From positions 75,690 to 139,689 of the forward strand of contig UQVQ01000002.1 in assembly GCA_900544595.1 (NCBI GenBank): 64,000 bases of DNA, given 5' to 3'. The notes beneath the pieces were generated by a model. That model was not told the DNA's origin, made no database searches, and saw only the letters and a list, made by a program, of their open reading frames with translations. Both the position numbers and the translations under genes were made by a program. This DNA is from an uncultured Bacillota bacterium. Its GTDB lineage: Bacteria > Bacillota > Clostridia > Christensenellales > UBA1242. Below, piece after piece: positions 31,777 through 40,795 of this stretch (positions are counted from its first letter, which is position 1; the number at the start of each line of letters is the position of its first letter).

Positions 31777-31896
31777 TTATTTCTCCCTCAACTAAAGCAT
31801 CATATATTAAGAATGAAAAATGTGACACCGTAAAAAAAATAAGCAACTTATCCCACATTGCTTATTTCTTTCATTTTATATGTTTTTTGTTCCTTA

Positions 31897-32991
31897 TTAT
31901 TTGCAACAACTGTTTGCAACTCTGTTTTGGAAGCCAATTTTCCCAAGTTCGGTTTCAAGGAACTTGTCTTTTGCCTCGCCAGAAAGTTCGTTTCCTTTTT
32001 CATAAATTCCCATTGCTTTTTGAGTTATTTCAAAGCAGGTTGGATTTCCATAGAATTTTGCATAGTTAATTGCCATTCTGCCGTTGTTGTCTTGCAAGTT
32101 CAAATTTGCACCCCTTGAAATTAAAACCCTTGTTGCTTCTCTGTTGCCGCGTTTGCAGCAAAGCATTAAAGTTGAAACTCCGTTTTTATCTTGCTCGTCC
32201 ATAAACTTTTTGTTATAGTTTGCGCTTTTAAGCAAAATATCCATCATAACACCGTTGCTGTTGTTAGCTGCGTGCATAAGCGGATTTCTTCCCGCAAAAT
32301 CTGCCATAAAACTTGCTCCGCTTTTAACAAGATGAACAAGCGCTTCTTGGCGATGTTTGTTTTGGCAAGCAACAATTGTTGGAGTTGCGCCCTCGCGGTT
32401 TCTTTGGTTAATGTTTGCCCCATAACTTTGAAGAAGTTCAATCATTGGAACATCGTTTTGCTTAACCGCATCGAAAATTGGTGTTTCTTTATATGCACCA
32501 ACAAGATTTGGATTTGCTCCATTTTCCAAAAGAATTTTTGCAATTCGAAGATTCCCAAGTTTAACAGCAAGCGAAAGTGCAGAAAGCCCATCTTTGTTAA
32601 GCGCATTCATATTGATTGCATCAATTTCTGGAAGAATTTCGCCTCTTTCGTTTTTATTATATGTTGCAAGATATTTAACAACCTCTTCCTTTCTTGAATA
32701 AACGGCCAAAATTAACGCATTGTTTTTGTTTGAATCAACACAGTTGATGTCCGCCCCGTTTGGATATGTTAACGCAATTTTAATTCTTCGTTTATCTCCA
32801 AAAAAAGCGTTTTCCAACAAGTCGCAATTTCTTATTTCGCGTGTTTTTGTTTCTTCTTTTTTAAGCCAGTCGCTTGGAACATTTGCATATTTCAAAACCG
32901 GTTTATTAAACTCTTGAAAATCTGTTCGAAGTGCATTCCCAAGAATTGCCCCTTGGCTAAGTTTTTTCTTTGAATTGTATTTTTTTGACAT
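31897..32991 (-). CDS. Ankyrin-repeat protein
   Basis: At least 6 ANK-like units (G..ALILAV, LSALSLAVKLGNLRIAKILLENGANPNL, TPIFDAVKQNDVPMIELLQSYGANINQRN, GRNPLMHAA, STLMLCCKRGNREATRVLISRGANLNLQD). Confidence 0.85.
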   Translation of the reverse strand: MSKKYNSKKKLSQGAILGNALRTDFQEFNKPVLKYANVPSDWLKKEETKTREIRNCDLLENAFFGDKRRIKIALTYPNGADINCVDSNKNNALILAVYSRKEEVVKYLATYNKNERGEILPEIDAINMNALNKDGLSALSLAVKLGNLRIAKILLENGANPNLVGAYKETPIFDAVKQNDVPMIELLQSYGANINQRNREGATPTIVACQNKHRQEALVHLVKSGASFMADFAGRNPLMHAANNSNGVMMDILLKSANYNKKFMDEQDKNGVSTLMLCCKRGNREATRVLISRGANLNLQDNNGRMAINYAKFYGNPTCFEITQKAMGIYEKGNELSGEAKDKFLETELGKIGFQNRVANSCCK

Positions 32992-33076
32992 TTTCTCTCC
33001 CTTACATTTTCATTATACCAGCGAAAAACGGTTTGTCAATATGGAATATTTATTTAATTATTGAAAAAAATATGTT

Positions 33077-33631
33077 ATGGAAAAATTTAAAAACTTTTGT
33101 TTGTTCATAAGCAGTTTTGCTCCTCTCTATTTTTTAATTATCGTTAAGGAGCTTGTTGAAATTGCAAACGGCAATCTTTCGTTTAACGTAACGAATTCAA
33201 TTATGCTTTCGCTAAACCTTTTGTTGATTGCTTTTGGGATTCTTGGAGTTTGTTTAACATATAAAGACAGATATAAAGCAATTGAGATTATAGATTCAAA
33301 AAATGTGACCTGCCAAAATTTCTTAGGCTATTTTCCTCTTTTCGTTCTTTTTGCGCTTGCCTTCCAACTTGAATTTATTAGTATGGCAGTTGTTTATGTT
33401 TTAATTCTTGTTATGATTGGCGTTGTTTATCTCAAAAACGACCTAACCTATATCAACCCTTTCCTTAACATAATTGGCTTTTCAACCTATCAAATAACCT
33501 TTCTTAAAGGCGAAGAAGAAAAGAAACTTTATGTTTTCTCTTTTTCAAACCTTGAAAACAGAACATATCTTTCAAACGGATTTTTTATTAAACCTCTTAA
33601 ACAAAAGAAAAATAAGAAAACAAATCGCTAG
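33077..33631 (+). CDS. Hypothetical membrane protein (184 aa, 4 TM segments)
   Basis: Hydrophobic segments and a basic C-terminus. No family recognised. Confidence 0.45.
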   Translation: MEKFKNFCLFISSFAPLYFLIIVKELVEIANGNLSFNVTNSIMLSLNLLLIAFGILGVCLTYKDRYKAIEIIDSKNVTCQNFLGYFPLFVLFALAFQLEFISMAVVYVLILVMIGVVYLKNDLTYINPFLNIIGFSTYQITFLKGEEEKKLYVFSFSNLENRTYLSNGFFIKPLKQKKNKKTNR

Positions 33632-33714
33632 GTTTAATTTTCTTTTTAAATAAATTAACTGCCAAGTAAGTAAACAAAATAAAAAAAGCCTTAGAAACCT
33701 AAGGCTTATATTTT

Positions 33715-33789
33715 TGGAGCGGAAGACGAGATTCGAACTCGCGACATTTGCCTTGGCAAGGCAACGCTCTACCACTGAGCCACTCCCGC
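33715..33789 (-). tRNA. tRNA-Gly (anticodon GCC)
   Basis: Reverse complement is GCGGGAGTGGCTCAGTGGTAGAGCGTTGCCTTGCCAAGGCAAATGTCGCGAGTTCGAATCTCGTCTTCCGCTCCA. Cloverleaf with anticodon loop TTGCCAA; encoded CCA. Confidence 0.9.
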
Positions 33790-33966
33790 ATTTCAAATTG
33801 CTTTAACAATATACCAAAACATTTCATTCTTGTCAACAAAAATTTAATTCTTTTCGAACTTTGTTCTTGAAGTTAACCTTTTAAGAAGTTAAATTCATAT
33901 AAAACTTAAGATAATTCGTTGACAAAGCAAGTTTCTTTTGATAAAATAGCCTTGCAAAATTTGAAT

Positions 33967-34041
33967 GGTACCATAGCCAAGTGGTAAGGCAAGGGTCTGC
34001 AAAACCCTCATTCCCCGGTTCAAATCCGGGTGGTACCTCCA
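33967..34041 (+). tRNA. tRNA-Cys (anticodon GCA)
   Basis: GGTACCATAGCCAAGTGGTAAGGCAAGGGTCTGCAAAACCCTCATTCCCCGGTTCAAATCCGGGTGGTACCTCCA; anticodon loop CTGCAAA, U73 discriminator, encoded CCA. Confidence 0.9.
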
Positions 34042-34044
34042 AAT

Positions 34045-34130
34045 GCTGGTGTGGCGGAATGGTAGACGCAAGGGACTTAAAATCCCTCGTTCGCAAGGAC
34101 GTGCCGGTTCGAGTCCGGCCACCAGCACCA
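34045..34130 (+). tRNA. tRNA-Leu (anticodon UAA), long variable arm
   Basis: GCTGGTGTGGCGGAATGGTAGACGCAAGGGACTTAAAATCCCTCGTTCGCAAGGACGTGCCGGTTCGAGTCCGGCCACCAGCACCA; anticodon loop CTTAAAA; encoded CCA. Confidence 0.9.
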
Positions 34131-34140
34131 TACACGAATA

Positions 34141-34180
34141 AAACGAACCTTGAAGATAGTTCAGGGTTCGTTTTGTTTTT
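34141..34180 (+). terminator. Strong rho-independent terminator of the tRNA-Cys/Leu unit
   Basis: 14-bp stem AAACGAACCTTGAA / TTCAGGGTTCGTTT followed by a T-run. Confidence 0.8.
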
Positions 34181-34264
34181 TAACAAGGAATGTTTTGGAT
34201 TTAAACTAAGCATATAGACAAAAGAAGGCTTTTTGTTATAGCCTTCTTCTTTTTATTATTTGTT

Positions 34265-35341
34265 TTACTGATTGTTCGAAAATTGTTTTATGTAATCTTC
34301 GTAAGAAATGCCTTTCTTTTTTAAACTCTCAATTAGAGCAGTATTAAATGCAGTATCCTTGCAATTGTTTTCATCATGTTTTATATACTCACCATGTTCA
34401 TTAATTTCTATTTTTAACATTTTTGACAGCTCTTCAATTGTTATCTTTTTTATGTCCTTATGGTTATCTTCTATATTATGGTCACAAGACAAATCTCTTT
34501 CACCATACTCATCCCCCATAACAAAATATGAACAAATTGATCCTTTATTTCCATAATTGTATCCTGCATTAAAAATAGCTTCAATAAGTCTCAATCTTCC
34601 TTCCGTTGTTGTTTCTTTAATAGAATCCGATAAACAAATTAAAGGCCAATTATCTCTTTCTGGATATTTTTCTGCAATTTTCTTCAATTTTTTAGCAAAT
34701 TTACCTGTTTTTTCGCCAATTTGATCATTATTTTCTTTATTTTGTTTTATTGAAGAAACAATAAAGTTTTCTGTCCTATCTTTAACGTTAGGACATAATT
34801 CAATAATCTCAATAAGAGAAAATCCAAGTTTATTAAGTATTTCCTTGAACTCTATCATTGTATTGTGGGCGTCAACTTCAGCGTCATGTTCACCCTCTTC
34901 GCCCTTTAATTCAAGTTCTTCCAAAATGTTTAATACTGATATTTCTTTTTTAGTATTCTTGTATTCTTTATAAAACAATTTAACATCGTAAAAATCAAAA
35001 TCAATACTTGGTAAATTATATCTTTTACAATCATCATTTAATGCCTTGGCGTCATTATTTAGCGAGTGCCCTAGAACATAATCACAGCTTTCTATTATCT
35101 CCTTAATTTTAGGATAATATTTATTGAAAGTAAGTCTTTCTTCATACTCCTTTTTAGTTCTTGTAAGTATGTGTTTTAATGCCCACCAATCCCATTCATC
35201 ATTAGATATGTATGGATTGATTATAAGATTATTCCTTTCTATTATTTCAAACTTTTCATTAGTTATAACATACCCGAATTCACAAATCTTGCAACCATTT
35301 TTACAACTCGCATATTCTAAATCAAAAAATAAAATTCTCAT
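34265..35341 (-). CDS. DEDD (DnaQ-like) 3'-5' exonuclease with a C-terminal BRCT-like region
   Basis: FFDLE (ExoI), GHSLNNDAKAL (ExoII) and HDAEVDAHNT (ExoIII, DEDDh). Downstream segment ICLSDS....R..LIEAIFNAGYNYGNKGSICSYFVMGDE resembles a BRCT fold pattern. Confidence 0.7.
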   Translation of the reverse strand: MRILFFDLEYASCKNGCKICEFGYVITNEKFEIIERNNLIINPYISNDEWDWWALKHILTRTKKEYEERLTFNKYYPKIKEIIESCDYVLGHSLNNDAKALNDDCKRYNLPSIDFDFYDVKLFYKEYKNTKKEISVLNILEELELKGEEGEHDAEVDAHNTMIEFKEILNKLGFSLIEIIELCPNVKDRTENFIVSSIKQNKENNDQIGEKTGKFAKKLKKIAEKYPERDNWPLICLSDSIKETTTEGRLRLIEAIFNAGYNYGNKGSICSYFVMGDEYGERDLSCDHNIEDNHKDIKKITIEELSKMLKIEINEHGEYIKHDENNCKDTAFNTALIESLKKKGISYEDYIKQFSNNQ

Positions 35342-35357
35342 TAGTTATTTTCCTTTA

Positions 35358-35744
35358 CTATATTTTATCACCATTAAAGATAATGTCATTACCAACATTT
35401 ATTTCTTCAATTAAGTTCTTTTTTTTATAAAACCAATCTTTTTCATTTGTATATCTATCAGAAATATAATTGATATTTTGATTTAATGAACCAACTAATG
35501 CTCTATCGTTATCAATTTTCTGCTCATCAAAATAACCATCAATGATGATATCACATTGACTTTTTAAATTATCTTCAATTTCATTTAATTGATATCCCGT
35601 AAAAAGAATTATGCCTAATTCCAAATTTTTAACTTCTTCAAGTAGTTTAACTAAACCGGTTTGTAAGAGTGGTTCCTCCTCTCTGATACTGATTTTATCA
35701 ATGATATTTCGCAATAGCCAGCAATGAACACTTGCATTGCGCAA
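35358..35744 (-). pseudogene. 5'-truncated NrdG-like (anaerobic RNR activase / 4Fe-4S single-cluster radical-SAM) gene fragment
   Basis: ...EEPLLQ....LLEEVKNLELGIILFTGYQLNEIEDN....CDIIIDGYFDEQK.......GSLNQN aligns by eye with the T4/E. coli NrdG C-terminal two thirds (GGDPL...WTGY...DVIIDG.Y....RGS.NQR). The N-terminal CxxxCxxC segment is missing, and the fragment abuts the tet stop codon. Confidence 0.55.
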
Positions 35745-35748
35745 GACG

Positions 35749-37668
35749 TTACATTATCTTCTGAAACATATGGCGAACCTTATCTAACCGACTATTTGGG
35801 CGGCGAGGTTGTACTACAGGTTCCCCTGAAGTTTCCTGATACCCTTTCAATTCTGTCAAGCAAACGCTTCTTCCATTTGTATAGAAATTCAAATCACTTT
35901 TGTATTCCCCAATCCGTCTTGCTGGTATTTCTCCAGTTAAGATCGCTTCATTATTTTTTATTGAAGTTGTTTCAATTACCGCATCGTATTTCACAGCATC
36001 ATGATAAGCCCGTGAAAGATATTCCTGCGGTGCAAACAGGGTAAAAGAAAGATAGGGTTCTAAAACCTGTGTTCCTGCTTTTTTTAATGCCAGTTCCAGC
36101 ACAATGGGCGCAAGAAAGCGGAAATCTGCCGGAGTACTGACCGGGCTGTAGTAAACACCATATTCAAAACAAATTCTGCAATCTGTTACCTCCCATCCAT
36201 ACACTCCCTGCTCTAATCCATACCGAATCCCTTCCATAACTGCGTTTTGAAAGCTTTGGTTTAAATAACCGAGAGGCACTTTACTTTCATATTCTGTTCC
36301 GCTTCCAACAGGAAGAGGAGTGACAGCCAAACCAATCGACGCCCAAAAGGGATTTGGCGGTACTTCAATATGAATTGTATAATGAGCCTCTTTTCGTGGT
36401 CTCTCCCGATAAATAACGGTAGGCTCTTTTATTGCTACCTCGACACTATATTTTTCATTTAATAAAGAACAAACAACTTCCAATTGTACTTTTCCCAAAA
36501 AGGAAAGAATAATTTCATGAGTAATAGAATCAATCATAAAATGCAGAAGCGGATCAGTATCCGCAATCTCTGTAAGGGCATCCAGTAATGCTTCCCTTTG
36601 CTCTGCTTTGATTGGCTCTATCGTTGTCCGAAAAAGCGGCAGGGGATTATCCGTCCATGCCTTGCGTGGCAATAGTTTTTCATCTCCCAGAACATCATTT
36701 AGTTTTAATGTATTGTCAGATAAAATAACAATCTCCCCGGAATCAGCGGTGTCTGTTGGGACGATTTCTCCATCAAATGGAATTGACATCTCTGTAATTT
36801 TAATTTTTTCCTTTTTTGACAGAAGAATCGTTTCCCGTAAACAAAGCGTACCGCTATACAGCCTTAAATAGCAACGTCGTTTTTTCTGCTCGGTATATTC
36901 AATTTTAAAAACATACCCGCACAGTTCCGATTGACAGTTATCTGTTTTCGATGAAAAAATATCTGTGATTACATCAAGCAATTTTTTTGTTCCGATATTC
37001 TCTTTTGCGCTTCCATGATATACCGGAAAAAAAGTTCCCTGCTGTACCCTTCGCTTTATTTCTTCCTGAAGTTCCCGCAATGTCAAAGGCGCTCCTGAAA
37101 GATATTTTTCTAAAAGATTATCATTCCCGGCAATCACAGCATCCCACTTTTCAAAATCCGCAACGTCGGAAAGTGTTAATTCTGGAAATAAATGAACTTC
37201 CTGCATAACCATCATATCTTCTGTCAATTTTTCTCTGATATTTTGATAAGTCTGTGCAGGAACAAAGCCTTCCTGATCGATTTTATTGATAAAAATAATG
37301 GTTGGTATCTTCATCTTCCTCAGCGCATGGAACAGCACTCTGGTCTGTGCCTGTACTCCATCTTTTGCAGATATTACTAAAATCGCTCCGTCCAGAACCG
37401 ATAAAGAGCGGTACACTTCTGTTATAAAGTCCATGTGTCCCGGTGTGTCTACAAGATTCACTTTGTACTCTTTCCAGTGAAAAGATGTAACGGCAGCCTG
37501 AATGGTAATTCCCCTTTGACGTTCCAAAGCCATAGAATCCGTTCTTGTTGTGCCTTTATCTACATTGCCCGGTTCCATGATTGCCCCGCTTGTATACAGC
37601 AAGCTTTCTGTCAGTGTTGTTTTTCCTGCATCAACGTGTGCAAGAATGCCAATATTGATTATTTTCAT
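35749..37668 (-). CDS. Tetracycline-resistance ribosomal protection protein (Tet(M)/Tet(O)/Tet(W)/Tet(32) group; allele not assignable without a search)
   Basis: 639 aa. [30 protein letters not shown]...[23 protein letters not shown]...[56 protein letters not shown] is nearly collinear with known Tet RPPs. The segment is visibly GC-richer than its surroundings. Confidence 0.95.
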   Translation of the reverse strand: MKIINIGILAHVDAGKTTLTESLLYTSGAIMEPGNVDKGTTRTDSMALERQRGITIQAAVTSFHWKEYKVNLVDTPGHMDFITEVYRSLSVLDGAILVISAKDGVQAQTRVLFHALRKMKIPTIIFINKIDQEGFVPAQTYQNIREKLTEDMMVMQEVHLFPELTLSDVADFEKWDAVIAGNDNLLEKYLSGAPLTLRELQEEIKRRVQQGTFFPVYHGSAKENIGTKKLLDVITDIFSSKTDNCQSELCGYVFKIEYTEQKKRRCYLRLYSGTLCLRETILLSKKEKIKITEMSIPFDGEIVPTDTADSGEIVILSDNTLKLNDVLGDEKLLPRKAWTDNPLPLFRTTIEPIKAEQREALLDALTEIADTDPLLHFMIDSITHEIILSFLGKVQLEVVCSLLNEKYSVEVAIKEPTVIYRERPRKEAHYTIHIEVPPNPFWASIGLAVTPLPVGSGTEYESKVPLGYLNQSFQNAVMEGIRYGLEQGVYGWEVTDCRICFEYGVYYSPVSTPADFRFLAPIVLELALKKAGTQVLEPYLSFTLFAPQEYLSRAYHDAVKYDAVIETTSIKNNEAILTGEIPARRIGEYKSDLNFYTNGRSVCLTELKGYQETSGEPVVQPRRPNSRLDKVRHMFQKIM

Positions 37669-37706
37669 GTGTCATCCTCCATTCACAGCCAAAAAAGGCA
37701 TAAAAA

Positions 37707-37739
37707 TCCCCAGCAGCAAAATACTCTTACCGCTGGGGA
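37707..37739 (-). promoter_or_regulatory. Terminator-like attenuator hairpin in the tet leader
   Basis: On the minus strand: CCCCAGC-GGTAAGAGTATTTTGCT-GCTGGGG followed by ATTTTTAT, about 40 nt upstream of the tet ATG. Confidence 0.5.
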
Positions 37740-37906
37740 TTTAATCTTTGGACATACACATAAAAGACATACGCCAACAGACGCTTGTCACTTGTCTTAC
37801 TATGTCAATATATAAGGCAAAAGTATTCTTAAATAGGTACAAAAAACCAAGCCCTTGTTCCAAAGGACATCCCAAAGTTTTTTGTTCCCACTATTTGGTT
37901 ATAGTT

Positions 37907-37930
37907 TTATTTAAGAATACCCTGCCGCAT
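37907..37930 (-). promoter_or_regulatory. Candidate 7-codon leader peptide ORF (MRQGILK) of the tet attenuator
   Basis: AAGGAG RBS 9 nt upstream of ATG CGG CAG GGT ATT CTT AAA TAA. Lies between the predicted promoter and the leader hairpins. Confidence 0.4.
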
Positions 37931-37960
37931 ATTTTTTAACTCCTTTTTGGAAATATCATG

Positions 37961-37990
37961 ATTATAACACTAAACTGTACCCCTTGTCAA
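37961..37990 (-). promoter_or_regulatory. Candidate promoter driving the tet leader
   Basis: On the minus strand: TTGACA (37985-37990), 18-nt spacer, TATAAT (37961-37966). Confidence 0.5.
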
Positions 37991-37998
37991 GGACATTT

Positions 37999-38274
37999 TT
38001 ATTTATTTGTTCTAGGGAACGTCTGTTTGTCTACTTTACAACTTACAATCCCCTCTAATGGATAAATCCCTGTTGTGATATACTCATAATACTCGTTAGG
38101 TGACAACTTTGCCAACTGCCATTGATATCTGCTATTATTATAATAATCCATCCAGTCATCCACGATTGCTTTTACCTCACGATATTTGCTACATTCACTA
38201 ACATCTATCTCATCCTTCATATGTCCAAAAAAGCTTTCCTGTGGTGCATTATCCCAACAGTTTCCTTTCCGGAA
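37999..38274 (-). mobile_element. IS3-family transposase 3' remnant (last ~90 codons only)
   Basis: Reading frame gives FRKGNCWDNAPQESFFGHMKDEIDV...YYNNSRYQWQLAKLSPNEYYEY. This is the conserved RKGNC.DNA..ESFF..LK.E ... L..LSP.EY C-terminus of IS3/IS150-type OrfB. No N-terminal part or inverted repeats were seen. Confidence 0.75.
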
Positions 38275-39434
38275 ATAATCTCACCAGAATCCTCATCAAG
38301 ATTTTCTCTTATTTGTTTAGATATTTCTTTCTTCTCATTTTCAAGTTCTATAAGTTCTGGATTAAACTGAATTTGGTTTAATTCATCAATAATATTTCCC
38401 AAATCCATTCTCATAATTCCATTAATGTTTGATGTTTTGAAATATGTTTTCTTTCTAATTATGTCATTAATATCACTACTTAATTTTTCTAAAACATCTT
38501 TCTTAAACTCATTCTCATCAATAGTAAAATTATAGTTTCCAATCTTTTTAATCAAAAACTCATAATCATTTTTATTATTCTCTATTATAGAAATTTCTTT
38601 TCTGTAATTACTGATTTGTTCATTCAATAATTTCTTATTGTTTTCATGAGACGATATCTGATTTTTTACACTATCAATTTGAACTTGCTCTTTCAATAGT
38701 TTTTGATAATCCAATTTTAACTTTTGGAATTCTTCATCAAAGTTTTCTTTTGTCGCTGTGAAATTTTCAAATGATATTATTTGCTTATCAATTTTCTGTG
38801 AAATATTTATGTAAAAATTATCCACAAGTCTTTCTGGATTGTAATCTGTATTTTTACCATTAATGTTAGGTATCAATCTTAATGGCCTTATTTCTGGGAT
38901 TTTTGGCAATCTATCAAAGACATTATCAATGGCTTTATGAGTTTCGCTTGATACCAATATTTTTTTGCCTTTTTTTGTTAATTGAGCAATTATTTCAGCA
39001 ATAACTTGTGTCTTACCCGTTCCCGGTGGACCTTGCAATAAGAAAATACTTTCACTAGCAACTGCTTTTTTAACAGCTTCCTTTTGTCTATCATTTAAAC
39101 TTTGCAAATTCCATTCAATATCATCTTCTATATTGTGGTTAAGATTTTGTAATGACTTTGGCTCAAACAAATACCTTGACAAATAAGGATTTTTAACAAA
39201 ACCTTTGAAGAATGCGTCCAAAGATTTTTCTTGTCTTTCAATCTTCATTTTTTCTGCAATATTATTATATGTCATAAAACATGGCTTAATATTTTCAAGT
39301 TCTTTTCTTACTTCATCAACACTATTCTTTTCAATTTTAAATAGTATGTTAAATCTTCTAATTGTTTCATTTTCTATTGCTTTATTTATTTTTTCATTTT
39401 TAATATTTAATAGATACTCTTTTGTTTTAAACAA
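38217..39434 (-). pseudogene. Superfamily-1 (Upf1/DNA2-like, AAA_11-type) helicase fragment, 3'-truncated by the IS3/tet insertion
   Basis: Walker A segment LLQGPPGTGKTQVIAEIIAQL followed by KILVSSETHKAIDNV. The coiled-coil-like insert then breaks off near 38275-38290, where the frame runs into the IS3 remnant. No motifs III-VI are present. The frame is open upstream to 39566. Confidence 0.7.
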
Positions 39435-39523
39435 CTCTAAATTAATTTGATTGTTATACTTGTTTTTTAGTTCTTGTGTCTTTGATATTCTCGCTTTATT
39501 GATATTCTCATTTTTTTCTTTTT

Positions 39524-40795
39524 CTAACTTTTCTGCAAATTTTTTGCATTTTTCTTCATTTTTTTGTCAGAAATATCATTTTTTTCATTAAATTCTTTAA
39601 TTTTATTATTTTTTTCTAAATCAAGTTGCAAAGATAAGTCATCTAAATACTCATGAACTTCATCATTAATAATGTTGTTATATTGAGTTTCAACTTTGGC
39701 TTTATCATTCAAGTAATCGTTTTCAAATTCTTTTTCATACTTATCTGTGTTTGGTAAAATATCTTCTGCAAAAATTTTATATCTTTCATCTAATTGAATT
39801 GATTTTATTCCTGTTTGATTATTACTTGGTTCTTGTGCTGTTAAAGAAATGTCCTGTCTAGTAAATCTATTTAATAGTAATTCTTCTTTTGGTTTTCTAT
39901 CTTTTTCTGTCATAGCAGAATAAATTTCTTTTTTATTAAAGTCAACTTCAATGCTTACAAGTGGAAAACTCTCTGCCCCATCAACATTTTCAGTTATAAC
40001 AATTTGGTCATCTCTAACAAGTTCTTTATTTAATAATAATCCACTATATCTTTCTTCATTAAGTCTATAAACATTTCTAGGAATAATAAAAGTATTTAAT
40101 ATTTCACATTTATTAAATCTAATACATTTTTCAGATTGTGCTTCTAAATATTGTTTTCTAAATAATATATAATCTTTCCATTCTTCATAAGTTTGTAATA
40201 CTTTCTTATATTGTTTTACATAGAAAGGACTATTGACTAATCTATAAATAAAATCATTTGTTAAAACATTGCTTGCTGAATATTCATCAATGTTAACACC
40301 AAAATTGGGAACCTTAATTCCATTTGGAAGAACTTTTAATTCAAAAGCAACTGAACAATTACATTGAACACTTATCTCACTAACTTTATCTTCAATTTCA
40401 TCTATAAGTTCAATACCTTTAACGACAAACAAATAGTTTTTAAGACATTTTATATCTCCAATGATAATAATATCTTGACCTTCTGGTAAGAACCTTTTTA
40501 TTAAGGTATCCTTTTCTGGCCTTATGACAACATTTCTATAAATGTAATTTCCCTTTTTATCGCATTCCGCCCTTCTATCAAATGCCGGCATTGAAAAATG
40601 ATATATATTGGTCTTGTATGGGTTAAAACATTGATTCATAAATTCCTTAAAATTTTCAATAGTTGCCTTTTGAGTGTTTCCCATTTTCCTATAAATATTT
40701 GAATATTGCTCAACTAATGATGTGGAAAAATAGTCATCCCAATTTTGACTCCCTTTAACCATATTAAATGTGCAATCTAAAAATAAAAAATTCAT
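39524..40795 (-). CDS. Unknown ~420-aa protein; probably the N-terminal part of the downstream helicase gene, split by a frameshift
   Basis: GGAGGG RBS 5 nt before the ATG at 40795. Its 3' end overlaps the open frame of 38217..39566 by ~40 nt. Inserting one A in the A7 tract (39559-39565) would fuse them. Confidence 0.5.
   Translation of the reverse strand: MNFLFLDCTFNMVKGSQNWDDYFSTSLVEQYSNIYRKMGNTQKATIENFKEFMNQCFNPYKTNIYHFSMPAFDRRAECDKKGNYIYRNVVIRPEKDTLIKRFLPEGQDIIIIGDIKCLKNYLFVVKGIELIDEIEDKVSEISVQCNCSVAFELKVLPNGIKVPNFGVNIDEYSASNVLTNDFIYRLVNSPFYVKQYKKVLQTYEEWKDYILFRKQYLEAQSEKCIRFNKCEILNTFIIPRNVYRLNEERYSGLLLNKELVRDDQIVITENVDGAESFPLVSIEVDFNKKEIYSAMTEKDRKPKEELLLNRFTRQDISLTAQEPSNNQTGIKSIQLDERYKIFAEDILPNTDKYEKEFENDYLNDKAKVETQYNNIINDEVHEYLDDLSLQLDLEKNNKIKEFNEKNDISDKKMKKNAKNLQKS

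Noticed and set aside
33572-34217. ORFs 33572..33796, 33881..34213, 33895..34131 and 33981..34217.
   Set aside because: They overlap three clear tRNA genes and their terminators, so they are not protein-coding.
39435-39566. First impression that ORFs 39524..40816 and 38217..39434 are separated by a single in-frame stop (read-through candidate).
   Set aside because: Coordinate arithmetic shows the two ORFs are in different frames (offset 1382 nt, which is 2 mod 3). The break is a frameshift at an A7 tract, not an in-frame stop.
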